A stretch of DNA of 11,925 bases from IMG/VR virus record IMGVR_UViG_2778261461_000004. One strand, given 5' to 3'. The position numbers and the translations under genes are program-made. The notes under the pieces were generated by a model. That model was given only the letters and a program-made list of their open reading frames with translations, searched no databases and was not told the origin of the DNA. Source of the DNA: a virus (taxonomy: Duplodnaviria > Heunggongvirae > Uroviricota > Caudoviricetes). Below, piece after piece: positions 1 to 8,112 of the stretch (positions are counted from its first letter, which is position 1; each line of letters opens with the position of its first letter).

Positions 1-1284
1 TTACAGACTTCTGGAAGGTTGCGCAGCTCTTACAACACGCGGTTGATCTTCCGCAGCGTCTTCCAGCGCACTTAAATCACGGTCTTTCACCTCTGGCATT
101 TTCAGCGCAGAGATTAAACCAATCACTGAATATGCCATGATCATAATGGCGATCGGATACCAGGATTCCGTCATGGTGCAGAAAATACCCGCCAGGATAG
201 GACCAAAACCGGAAGCGATAAGACCACCAATTTCTTTAGAAATAGCCATCCGGGTAAAGCGGTTTTTACAGCCGAACATTTCTGCCATGGTAATGTTTTC
301 CAGAGCAAATAATCCCAGCACCGCACAGTTATGAATCACAATCAGTGCAACCATAATGGTGCTCGGGGCATAGCTTTTATCTACAATGATAGAAAGCATT
401 GGCCATGCCAGCACAATCGCGGAGGTATTCATAATAATATACGGGATCCGGCGACCAATTTTATCGGATAACCAACCAAGGAACGGAATGGTCATAAAGC
501 CGAGAATCGAACTGATCATCAATGCATCTGTTGGAATTGCTTTGTTAAACAATAACGTCTGCACTAAATAGCCTGCAAGGAAAGTCTGAATTAACCCGGA
601 GTTACCCGCCTGACCAAAACGCAGCCCTGTTGCCAGCCAGAAGGATTTGCTCTGGAACATGCTACCAGCAGGTGCAGGTTTTGCTGTCGGTTGGTTACTG
701 TCGTTAACCTTCTCAAAGACCGGGCTTTCTTTCAGATTCATACGCAACCAGATAGCAAAGACCATCACGACAACGCTCGCCAGGAACGGTATACGCCATC
801 CCCACGCCAGCAGTTCCTCTTTACTGAGAATGAAGAACATAAAGGCCCAGATTGCCGTTGCGCTCAAGGTTCCGCAGTTAGTTCCCATAGCCACAAATGA
901 GGAGATAATTCCGCGCTTACCTTTTGGCGCATATTCCGCCAGCATCGTACCGGCACCGGAAATTTCCGCACCTGCACCCAACCCCTGAATAATACGCAAC
1001 GTCACCAGCAAGATGGGTGCAAAAACACCAATCTGTGCATAGGTCGGTAACACACCAATTAAGGTGGTACAGATCCCCATCATGGTGATGGTAATAAAGA
1101 GCACTTTTTTACGCCCTATTCTGTCGCCCATTTTGCCGAAAATAAATGCTCCGACAATACGCGCCACATAACCTGCACCGTAGGTTCCCATTGCCAGAAT
1201 TAACGCCATTGCCGTTGATGATTCAGGAAAAAATATTTCATGAAACACTAACGCTGCGCCGAGCGAATATAACTGGAAATCCAT
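1..1284 (-). CDS. ydfJ: MFS transporter of the metabolite:H+ symporter (MHS) family, YdfJ-like; N-terminus appears truncated at the prophage junction
   Basis: 427-aa ORF with multiple hydrophobic segments and the MHS-type motif GDRIGRKK after the second helix. The ORF begins MDFQLYSLGAALVFHEIFFP, which corresponds to the conserved W-Y-D-F region that in paralogs such as ShiA sits about 30 residues into the protein, so the first part of TM1 seems missing. Stop codon is at 1..3. Confidence 0.85.
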   Translation of the reverse strand: MDFQLYSLGAALVFHEIFFPESSTAMALILAMGTYGAGYVARIVGAFIFGKMGDRIGRKKVLFITITMMGICTTLIGVLPTYAQIGVFAPILLVTLRIIQGLGAGAEISGAGTMLAEYAPKGKRGIISSFVAMGTNCGTLSATAIWAFMFFILSKEELLAWGWRIPFLASVVVMVFAIWLRMNLKESPVFEKVNDSNQPTAKPAPAGSMFQSKSFWLATGLRFGQAGNSGLIQTFLAGYLVQTLLFNKAIPTDALMISSILGFMTIPFLGWLSDKIGRRIPYIIMNTSAIVLAWPMLSIIVDKSYAPSTIMVALIVIHNCAVLGLFALENITMAEMFGCKNRFTRMAISKEIGGLIASGFGPILAGIFCTMTESWYPIAIMIMAYSVIGLISALKMPEVKDRDLSALEDAAEDQPRVVRAAQPSRSL

Positions 1285-1887
1285 AATTCACAGGTGTTTT
1301 TTCCCATCCTGTGGTTTCCTTGGCGTTTTCTAGGTTTTTTCAGATAGTTGCATTTTTTAAAAAGCATCCTAAGTTCGATCTCAGTGTCTATCTGGGGCCT
1401 ATTTCTGTCCCATATATGCCCCAAAAAAACTCCCCAACAGATAAGTAGTTTTTTCATGGATTTATGCGTAAAATCAAGAACGGCTGGAAATCATTCAATA
1501 CTCACACTATCGAAAAATTTACCAGCCAACCGCAGCACGTTCTTGCATAAGGCGTGTCTGCGTTTTTTCAACTATTCAGATACATCACTCCCATCACAGT
1601 CATTCCTCCGCATCAAAGGCATATAGGCTATATCACCTTGATATTTTTCTTTTTCAGATAAAAACTGTTATCTATGTATACTTTTAAACCCAATCCGTGT
1701 AGAGTCTCTGCATAAGATAGTTTGCAGTTGCCGCTTCAGCTTGCGCCATAAACCGCCTGATTTTTGCTGCCACCTGCTAGCATTCCTGTATACCTGAAAC
1801 GACAATGTTTATCTACGAACTTTAAAAACACCCAAGATAAAAATTGTCAACTATATCATATATAACACATTACTAATTCGAGGCTAT

Positions 1888-2001
1888 ATGAACAGCATAC
1901 TGATAATCACTTCTCTCCTTATCATATTCAGCATTTTTAGTCATGCCCTAATAAAATTAGGGATTGGCATATCCAATAACCCAGACAAAACCGATGTATA
2001 A
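1888..2001 (+). CDS. Hypothetical 37-aa small hydrophobic protein ([37 protein letters not shown])
   Basis: ATG at 1888 preceded by GAGG (cgaggctatATG), TAA at 1999..2001. One predicted transmembrane helix followed by a polar tail. Too short for the supplied ORF track. It ends 68 nt upstream of ydfK. No homology evidence available. Confidence 0.25.
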
Positions 2002-2069
2002 GTCAACATATCCTGAATCAGACATACAATATCGCAATGAAAATCAATAATATTTTAAGGAATATCTTC

Positions 2070-2303
2070 ATGAAATCAAAAGACACCCTAAAGTGGTTCC
2101 CTGCGCAGCTTCCTGAAGTAAGAATTATCCTAGGGGATGCTGTAGTGGAAGTAGCAAAACAGGGAAGACCTATTAATACCAGAACATTGCTTGATTACAT
2201 TGAAGGAAACATAAAGAAAAAATCATGGCTGGATAACAAAGAATTATTACAAACAGCGATATCAGTTCTTAAAGACAACCAAAATTTAAATGGTAAAATG
2301 TAA
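2070..2303 (+). CDS. ydfK: Cold-shock-induced small protein YdfK/YnaE family
   Basis: Translation MKSKDTLKWFPAQLPEVRIILGDAVVEVAKQGRPINTRTLLDYIEGNIKKKSWLDNKELLQTAISVLKDNQNLNGKM matches my recollection of YdfK (77 aa). AAGGAA lies 8 nt upstream of the ATG at 2070. The track's 2037 start has no comparable RBS. Confidence 0.8.
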   Translation: MKSKDTLKWFPAQLPEVRIILGDAVVEVAKQGRPINTRTLLDYIEGNIKKKSWLDNKELLQTAISVLKDNQNLNGKM

Positions 2304-2620
2304 TATAATAAACTTACTTTTTTATCATTTTTCCACTTTAACAACATTTTGCTCCACTTTTCCACGTCCAAACAACTTGAAATCTGGTTAAAATAACACG
2401 CAACACTATTCTTCTTCCTTGAGCCCGCCCGGAACTCGAAAAACAAACCAAGTTAAAGCCATTTTTCACAAAATCGATTTTGGGTCTCACCAAAAATTAC
2501 GGGGTTGCATACGCATTCGTTTATTTTCGAACGTGTACATACAAATATGCACAAAAATAATCATAATTATTTTCTGAGATGCATTATGATATGAACACCA
2601 ATTTCGAATAGAGTCTCACT

Positions 2621-3211
2621 ATGTCTCGAATTTTTGCTTACTGTCGGATATCAACGCTGGATCAGACCACCGAAAATCAACGCCGGGAAATCGAAAGTGC
2701 AGGTTTTAAAATCAAACCTCAGCAAATAATCGAAGAACACATTAGCGGCTCAGCAGCAACCAGTGAGCGTCCTGGTTTTAACCGGTTGCTTGCTCGCCTG
2801 AAATGTGGTGATCAATTGATTGTGACAAAACTGGATCGCCTTGGTTGTAATGCAATGGATATCAGGAAAACAGTGGAACAACTGACCGAAACAGGTATCA
2901 GAGTGCATTGCTTAGCATTGGGTGGCATTGACCTGACCAGTCCAACAGGAAAAATGATGATGCAAGTAATTTCAGCAGTCGCTGAATTTGAACGAGACCT
3001 TTTACTTGAACGCACTCATTCCGGGATAGTAAGAGCCCGCGGCGCAGGGAAACGTTTTGGTCGACCACCTGTGTTAAATGAAGAACAGAAACAGGTGGTA
3101 TTCGAACGAATTAAGTCAGGTGTAAGTATAAGTGCCATTGCCCGGGAATTCAAAACCTCGCGGCAAACCATTTTAAGAGCCAAAGCAAAACTTCAGACAC
3201 CTGACATATAA
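2621..3211 (+). CDS. pinQ: Site-specific DNA invertase, serine recombinase (Pin/Gin/Hin/Cin family)
   Basis: 196-aa ORF with the resolvase N-terminal catalytic motif ([15 protein letters not shown], catalytic Ser in CRIST) and a C-terminal HTH ([22 protein letters not shown]). Size and position next to a tail-fibre assembly gene match Pin-type invertases. Confidence 0.9.
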
Positions 3212-3308
3212 AAAATAATCTCGGTGTGAGATGCTTTACGTGTTCCAAGCCCCCTTCCTTGCCGTAAATGGAAAGATACATCTAATTATAGAATTTATAT
3301 GTTTTACC

Positions 3309-3745
3309 CTACGGCAGTGCTGGCCATTCAATATCCTGTGCAGTTGACGTATCAACACGGTTCAGCAATACCCGATACTTTTTCCATGCTTCCAGCAACG
3401 AGATTTCTTCCTCCGTTGCAATTTCCAGATCTGCAGCATCCTGAAGCGGCGCAATATGCTCACTGGCTACCTGCATCAGGTTGTTTTTTGTTTCTTCCGC
3501 CTCCCGGATCCGGAACAGTTTTTCTGCTTCCGTATCCTTCACCCAGGCTGTGCCGTTCCACTTCTGAAACTCCCCTTCCGGCGATAACCAGGTAACATTT
3601 TCCGGTAACGGACCGAGTTCAGAAATAAATAACGCGTCGCCGGAAGCCACGTCATAGACGGTTTTTCCCCGATGATCTTCAACGAGATGCCACGATGCCT
3701 CATCACTGTTGAAAACAGCCACGAAGCCTGCCGGAATATCTGGCG
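3309..3745 (-). pseudogene. tfaQ: Tail fibre assembly protein (Tfa) remnant, 5'-truncated
   Basis: Translation from [35 protein letters not shown] to DIEWPALP matches the C-terminal roughly 140 residues of lambda-type Tfa proteins. The N-terminal ~55 residues are absent and in-frame stop codons lie immediately upstream. No ATG is available; the track's start is a GTG at 3722 that corresponds to an internal Val of intact Tfa. Confidence 0.8.
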
Positions 3746-5086
3746 GTGCAATACCCAGTCTGATTCTGTCGCCGCTCCACCACGAATCTGAATTTTCCAG
3801 GCCTCAGCCTCCTTAACAGGGTCAATCCACGGCATCACTGGTCCGGAATACACCGCGGTATACAGTGAAGAACGGTCAAGATCGCGGGGTAACCTGATAA
3901 CACCGGATGCCACAGCCTGTTTCAGCCATGCACGATACATCGGGCGGGTTACGGCACCAATAAACCAGTCCTGCAGGATCAGGTAGCCATCAGTAGACTC
4001 AACCAGTTCCTGACGCTGGGCGCTGTAAGTGCCGTTATAGTTTCGTGCCGTACTGGAAAAACTCAGACGACTGCCCGCCGCCACGGCACGCAACTGACCA
4101 TTACGAAAAGTTTCAAGGTTAGGATTGGGACGATCCGACTTCACCATTCCGATTTCTTCGCCGGGTTTCAGATCGTCGTAAATAATGCCTGGCTGAATGG
4201 TAAGCTCGCGTTCATTCTCCTTGCTGTCATTACCATCCGTTTCATAGCTCTGTCCGTCGCCTTTCCGGATGTACATCCCCAGAGCAGCGGCGATCCTTGC
4301 TGCAGTCAGCTCAGAATCTTCATACTCTTTCAGGGCGCTGAGGCGGATCAGCACACCGGACAATAAAGACGTCCCGCGCATCTGGTGCAGACGGCGAACA
4401 AATTTAAGATGCAGCATTCGCTCTGCATCCACTTCTTTGGTTTCCATCTGCCGTCCGGATACAGGACGACTTTTATACACCAGATATTTTTCGGGACGCC
4501 CCCAGTCATCAACAAACACGCCCTGATTCAGCCTGTTGCTCTCATCACTGGTCATGGGAATAAAGTCCGGCTCGAGCGCCTCCAGCCAGAAATGAACACC
4601 GGCAGAAGGCGTCAGGCTGTTTATGCGCCCGGAAACCATCTGGGCAAACACCTCACCATCGCGCAGCCAGGTACGCAGCATCAGACGTTCCAGCATCGGA
4701 CGGGTAAACTGCCCGGTGACTTCCGGACTGACAGACCATTCACTCCATCGGGTGCGTATCTCCGCTGCCAGGTCACGGGCAATGGCACCATTGCGTAATA
4801 CCGGATGTGGCTCGACAATAATCCCGTTTTTCCCCACCACCCGTTCTTCCAGCTTGTCAAATACACCAATGACCAGATCGTGGTTGTTATCAAGGTAACG
4901 GGCCTGCTCACGTAACGACACGGCCCCGTACTGGCTTAACTGGTCGGCAGTTCGGTTCTCCCGTCGGGCTTTGTGTGTCCGCGTCGTTTTTACGGCCTCA
5001 TAAGCCTGGATCACCGCTCGGGAACGCAGCCTTGCCGCTTTCCATCCTGGTGAAAAAACGCCAATCACATCATCAAGAATTGCCAT
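3746..5086 (-). pseudogene. Phage portal protein (lambda gpB-like family), 3'-truncated and read through into out-of-frame tfa sequence
   Basis: The track ORF 3539..5158 contains a portal-like sequence from MAILDDVIGVFSPGWKAARLRSRAVIQAYEAVK onward, with the ATG at 5084..5086 overlapping the gpW-like stop (TGATG). About 447 codons are portal-native, against roughly 500-540 for intact homologs. The last ~70 codons of the track ORF are tfa DNA read in another frame. Confidence 0.7.
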
Positions 5087-5298
5087 CAGAACCTCGCCAG
5101 CCGGTACCCGGGATGCCCCCGTCGTCGTGTAATCAGAGCCGCAAGGCGGCGCTCCCACTCCTGCCGCCCCTGCCGGATCTCAGATAAGTTTTCCATGGTC
5201 ATCTGCTGACCATTAAAAGTGACGGATTTTCCGTCCAGCACCGCCATTTCAGCTTCCGTATAACGCTGAATCATGGCTTCAATATCATTCTGATTCAT
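5086..5298 (-). CDS. Head-tail joining / head completion protein, gpW-like
   Basis: 70-aa protein (MNQNDIEAMIQRYTEAEMAVLDGKSVTFNGQQMTMENLSEIRQGRQEWERRLAALITRRRGHPGYRLARF) between terminase large subunit and portal, as in lambda A-W-B order. The C-terminal RRRG.PG motif resembles lambda gpW. The ATG at 5298 overlaps the TerL stop as ATGA, with GGAGG 6 nt upstream. Confidence 0.6.
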   Translation of the reverse strand: MNQNDIEAMIQRYTEAEMAVLDGKSVTFNGQQMTMENLSEIRQGRQEWERRLAALITRRRGHPGYRLARF

Positions 5299-7397
5299 AA
5301 CCATCCTCCGGAAGTCAGCCAGGGGTTAACATCGTCAGTTACTGTTTTCTTCCGTTTTTGTTTTTTAACAGGCGTGGATACCGGTTCCGGTGTGGGTGAC
5401 GGTTCGGTGCTGTCCGGGACACACTCCAGCCAGGTTTCCCGGCTCGCCCACTCCGGTGCATCCGGCCAGCGGATCTTTTCGTATCCATGCAGAATGACCA
5501 GAGCCTCGGCATACACCATCAGGTCAAAAGCTTCGTTGGCACCGCGACCCGGCTTACTCCATTTCCCGTCACTGCTCCGCTCTTCATACGTCAGTTCGTC
5601 GTAAAACCAGCTCCCCAGCCAGTCAGGGAAATGCACATAGCCGGGACCTGGCGAGTCACGCCATAACGCGTTATTCACCCGGTCTTTCAGGGCATCCGTC
5701 TGAAGAAGCCAGAGCGGTACATCACCTGCGGCCTGCGCCCGTCGGCCCGTTCGTCCGGTGTTATCAGGGAATGTACGGGTGATCAGTTTTGCGCGCCGGA
5801 TGCTGTCGCCCTTAAACAGGTAAATACGTTTACCAAGGCCATCACGACGGCAACGACGCCAGAATTTATAGGCATTATCAGTGACCCCGTCTTCACCGCC
5901 GGAGTCCACCGCCATTGCCATCAGTCGTATTTGTTGAGAAGGATCGGAGGCCAGCGGCCAGCTTTTATGAAAAACATCCGTCAGCAGGACATCCCAGTCT
6001 TCCGGATAGCTGGCCGGATCAATTCGCTGGCTCTCCCCGTCGCTGTCACCGCGCAATGACTGCGTGATGTTGTAACGATCAATAATCCAGCGTTCGCCAC
6101 GGCTGCCATAGCCCGTTACCTGAACCACAAAACGGCGATGACGTCCCGCCTGCACATCCACTGTCGCCACAAGGAAATTAACGCCATCCGGCACACTGCG
6201 GGAAGGAACTGGCTCTGCCCGCTGCTCAAGCAGTTCACTTTTTCGTTGCTCCATGCTGGCGCGGGGAAGATAAGGTAATCCCCAGTCGGTATTGATAACC
6301 GTCTTGAGTGTTTCTTCACTTCCGGTTGTCTCGTATTCCTGTTCTGCAGTAAGCAGTTTGTAAACGAGTTGCGAGAGTGTCTGGTAAGCAGCTGCCGGAC
6401 CCTCCATCCAGAATGACGCAATACGTGAACGCCTGGGATCACCATAACGACTGCCATCCGCATTGATGGATTCACCATCCCGCAACCAGACCCCACGTCC
6501 GTTCAGCTCACGTTTTTGTTCAGGCATAATCCGTCCTGAACAGAAAGGACACTGAATATAAGCCGCCTCACTTGCCAGCACGGGATCGGCAATATCACGG
6601 AAACCAGCAACCACATCGCCGCAGGGCTGAAAATACTCACCACAGTGTGGACATGGCCAGTACCAGCGACGGCGATCACCACGGTTATAGAGCGACAGGA
6701 TCCCCGTGGTTGGTGGAGCCTCATGCGGTGAAGTCCGTCGCCATTTCACATCCTTCACATCCCTGCCGGGGGAACTCTCCACCAGCGTCATACCGCTGGA
6801 CATAAATGTGGTGGTACGTTTTGAGGCAAGAGAGAAGGCATCCCCCTCGCCATCAATATCTTCCGGAAAACGGTCATAATCCGTCAGCGCGACGCATTTA
6901 TAATCTGATGAGGACATGATATTGACTGACGGCCAGCCGATTTTCAGGTAGTTGCCAGCAAGGAATGTTCTGTCATAAACGTTGTTGTCATTTTTGTTCG
7001 GACTCAGGCGACTGACCACTTCCGGGCTGACGCGAAACGTTCTGGCGAGTCGTTTTTTGGAGTGTTCGCGGGCTTTTTCCTCTGTCATCTGAATGATCAG
7101 CATATCCGCAGGATCGCAAATCACGTTGTAAATCACCCAGCCGTCAATCAGGCCGATAGTCTTGCCGGTTCGTGCCGGGCCAACAAATATCACTGCGTCG
7201 TATTCACGCGAGGCCAGGCAGTTCATAGGCTCAATAACATACGGTGCCACCAGCGGATCCCACGGGACTGAGTTCCCTGCCCCCATGGGCACCCGCATAT
7301 ACTGAGCAACGGCATCAGCAACCCGCATTCGTCTCGGTGCGCGAAGGATATAACCTGAATCGGTTCGTGCTGCCTTTGCGGTTTCCTGATTCAGCAT
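5295..7397 (-). CDS. Terminase large subunit (lambda gpA family)
   Basis: 700-aa ORF with a Walker A-like motif VGPARTGKT near the N-terminus, directly downstream of a Nu1-like small subunit. Strong RBS GGAGGAG upstream. The start overlaps the TerS stop (TAATG). Confidence 0.9.
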   Translation of the reverse strand: MLNQETAKAARTDSGYILRAPRRMRVADAVAQYMRVPMGAGNSVPWDPLVAPYVIEPMNCLASREYDAVIFVGPARTGKTIGLIDGWVIYNVICDPADMLIIQMTEEKAREHSKKRLARTFRVSPEVVSRLSPNKNDNNVYDRTFLAGNYLKIGWPSVNIMSSSDYKCVALTDYDRFPEDIDGEGDAFSLASKRTTTFMSSGMTLVESSPGRDVKDVKWRRTSPHEAPPTTGILSLYNRGDRRRWYWPCPHCGEYFQPCGDVVAGFRDIADPVLASEAAYIQCPFCSGRIMPEQKRELNGRGVWLRDGESINADGSRYGDPRRSRIASFWMEGPAAAYQTLSQLVYKLLTAEQEYETTGSEETLKTVINTDWGLPYLPRASMEQRKSELLEQRAEPVPSRSVPDGVNFLVATVDVQAGRHRRFVVQVTGYGSRGERWIIDRYNITQSLRGDSDGESQRIDPASYPEDWDVLLTDVFHKSWPLASDPSQQIRLMAMAVDSGGEDGVTDNAYKFWRRCRRDGLGKRIYLFKGDSIRRAKLITRTFPDNTGRTGRRAQAAGDVPLWLLQTDALKDRVNNALWRDSPGPGYVHFPDWLGSWFYDELTYEERSSDGKWSKPGRGANEAFDLMVYAEALVILHGYEKIRWPDAPEWASRETWLECVPDSTEPSPTPEPVSTPVKKQKRKKTVTDDVNPWLTSGGWL

Positions 7398-7891
7398 TAC
7401 TCCTCCTGCTGTAATTCCTCCTCATCATCCGCACCTGCTTCAGTCACCCGCAGGGCTATCTGATCGCGCAGATCATCAATAATGGACTGAACACGGCTCA
7501 CAGCGGCAGGCTGCAGACCGCAGTCACGTTCAAGAATATCCGGTAATGTCTCCAGCACCTGCACGACCGCTTTTGCCCAGATGGCAAACTCCCGTCTGAC
7601 ATCACTGGCCGGAATGAGTTGTGCCGTTTCCTGTTCGAACTTAAGACGCTCACGTTCAGACTGATACCAGGCTTTGCGCTCATGCGCGTCCATTTCGCCT
7701 TCTGCAACCGGCGGTGGTAATGCCAGAAATGCCGACACAATATCAACCACCCGATAAAGCTTGAGGTTGCTTTCATGCCCCCCTGCAACGGGTAGATTTT
7801 GCAGCCTTGCCGCAGCAGTCTGGCGATGTACACCTGACAATGCCGCCAGTTGACTGATATTCAGCGTCAGATTTTTTAACTCTCGATCCAT
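7397..7891 (-). CDS. nohA: Terminase small subunit, Nu1-like (NohA/NohD family)
   Basis: 164-aa ORF. The N-terminus NLTLNISQLAALSGVHRQTAAARL is HTH-like, as in Nu1-type DNA-binding small subunits. The C-terminus is acidic (EAGADDEEELQQEE). It sits about 180 bp downstream of the cos-like sequence, with GGAG upstream of the ATG. Confidence 0.8.
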   Translation of the reverse strand: MDRELKNLTLNISQLAALSGVHRQTAAARLQNLPVAGGHESNLKLYRVVDIVSAFLALPPPVAEGEMDAHERKAWYQSERERLKFEQETAQLIPASDVRREFAIWAKAVVQVLETLPDILERDCGLQPAAVSRVQSIIDDLRDQIALRVTEAGADDEEELQQEE

Positions 7892-8039
7892 ACCCGCTCC
7901 AGAATGTTTTAAACATGCATCTTGCGAACAACTTTAGGCAAACGGTGTTAGCGATGAACAAAAAACAATCAGAATCGACACCATAAAAATAAAACCACTG
8001 TAATACCAATCAATTACAGTAGTGGTGATGACGAATAAA

Positions 8040-8112
8040 ATTTCAAAAACTAGCCTTTTTCCGCGACGCTCCCGCCCCGTGGCAGGGACCCCCACTGGGA
8101 GGACCCGACAGC
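8040..8112 (-). other. Candidate cos site (cosN-like core about 8061..8082, with adjacent cosB-like sequence toward terS)
   Basis: Read on the minus strand the sequence is CCACGGGGCGGGAGCGTCGCGGAAAAAGGC...GAAATTTTATTCGTCAT. This resembles, from memory, lambda cosN (GGGCGGCGACCTCGCGGG) and the downstream GAAAATTTT and TTCGTCAT elements. Position relative to the terS start is about the same as cosN to Nu1 in lambda (~190 bp). Confidence 0.5.

Noticed and set aside
137-988. Four plus-strand ORFs (137..334, 386..571, 647..988, 691..900)
   Set aside because: All lie antisense within the well-supported ydfJ transporter ORF. No RBS and no recognisable protein features; typical shadow ORFs.
1248-1626. 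ORFs 1248..1457 (-) and 1348..1626 (+) at the host/prophage junction
   Set aside because: No convincing RBS, low-complexity translations, and one overlaps the ydfJ start. More likely non-coding junction DNA.
2037-2069. Longer ydfK start at 2037 (88 aa)
   Set aside because: The ATG at 2070 has an AAGGAA RBS at proper spacing and gives the 77-aa form I recognise; the upstream ATG lacks an RBS.
2195-2446. Minus-strand 83-aa ORF
   Set aside because: Antisense overlap with ydfK and the pin upstream region; no RBS and no recognisable features.
2812-3015. Minus-strand 67-aa ORF inside pin
   Set aside because: Antisense shadow ORF within the invertase gene.
3299-3595. Plus-strand 98-aa ORF
   Set aside because: Antisense to the Tfa remnant; Pro/Leu-rich translation typical of a wrong frame.
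3539-3745. C-terminal ~70 codons of the 539-aa track ORF
   Set aside because: This is tfa DNA read in the portal frame after the deletion joint, not genuine portal sequence.
5087-5158. N-terminal extension of the portal ORF (MGAPPCGSDYTT...)
   Set aside because: It overlaps the gpW-like gene in another frame. The ATG at 5084..5086 gives a portal-like N-terminus coupled to the gpW stop.
4269-5187. ORFs 4269..4526, 4385..4798, 4623..4898 (+), 4681..4911 (-), 4975..5187 (+)
   Set aside because: All are nested in or antisense to the portal/gpW genes; Arg/Pro/Ser-rich translations typical of GC-rich shadow frames.
5374-7271. ORFs 5374..5604, 6572..6805, 7062..7271 (+) and 6116..6496, 6503..6724 (-)
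   Set aside because: Nested in or antisense to the terminase large subunit gene; no independent support.
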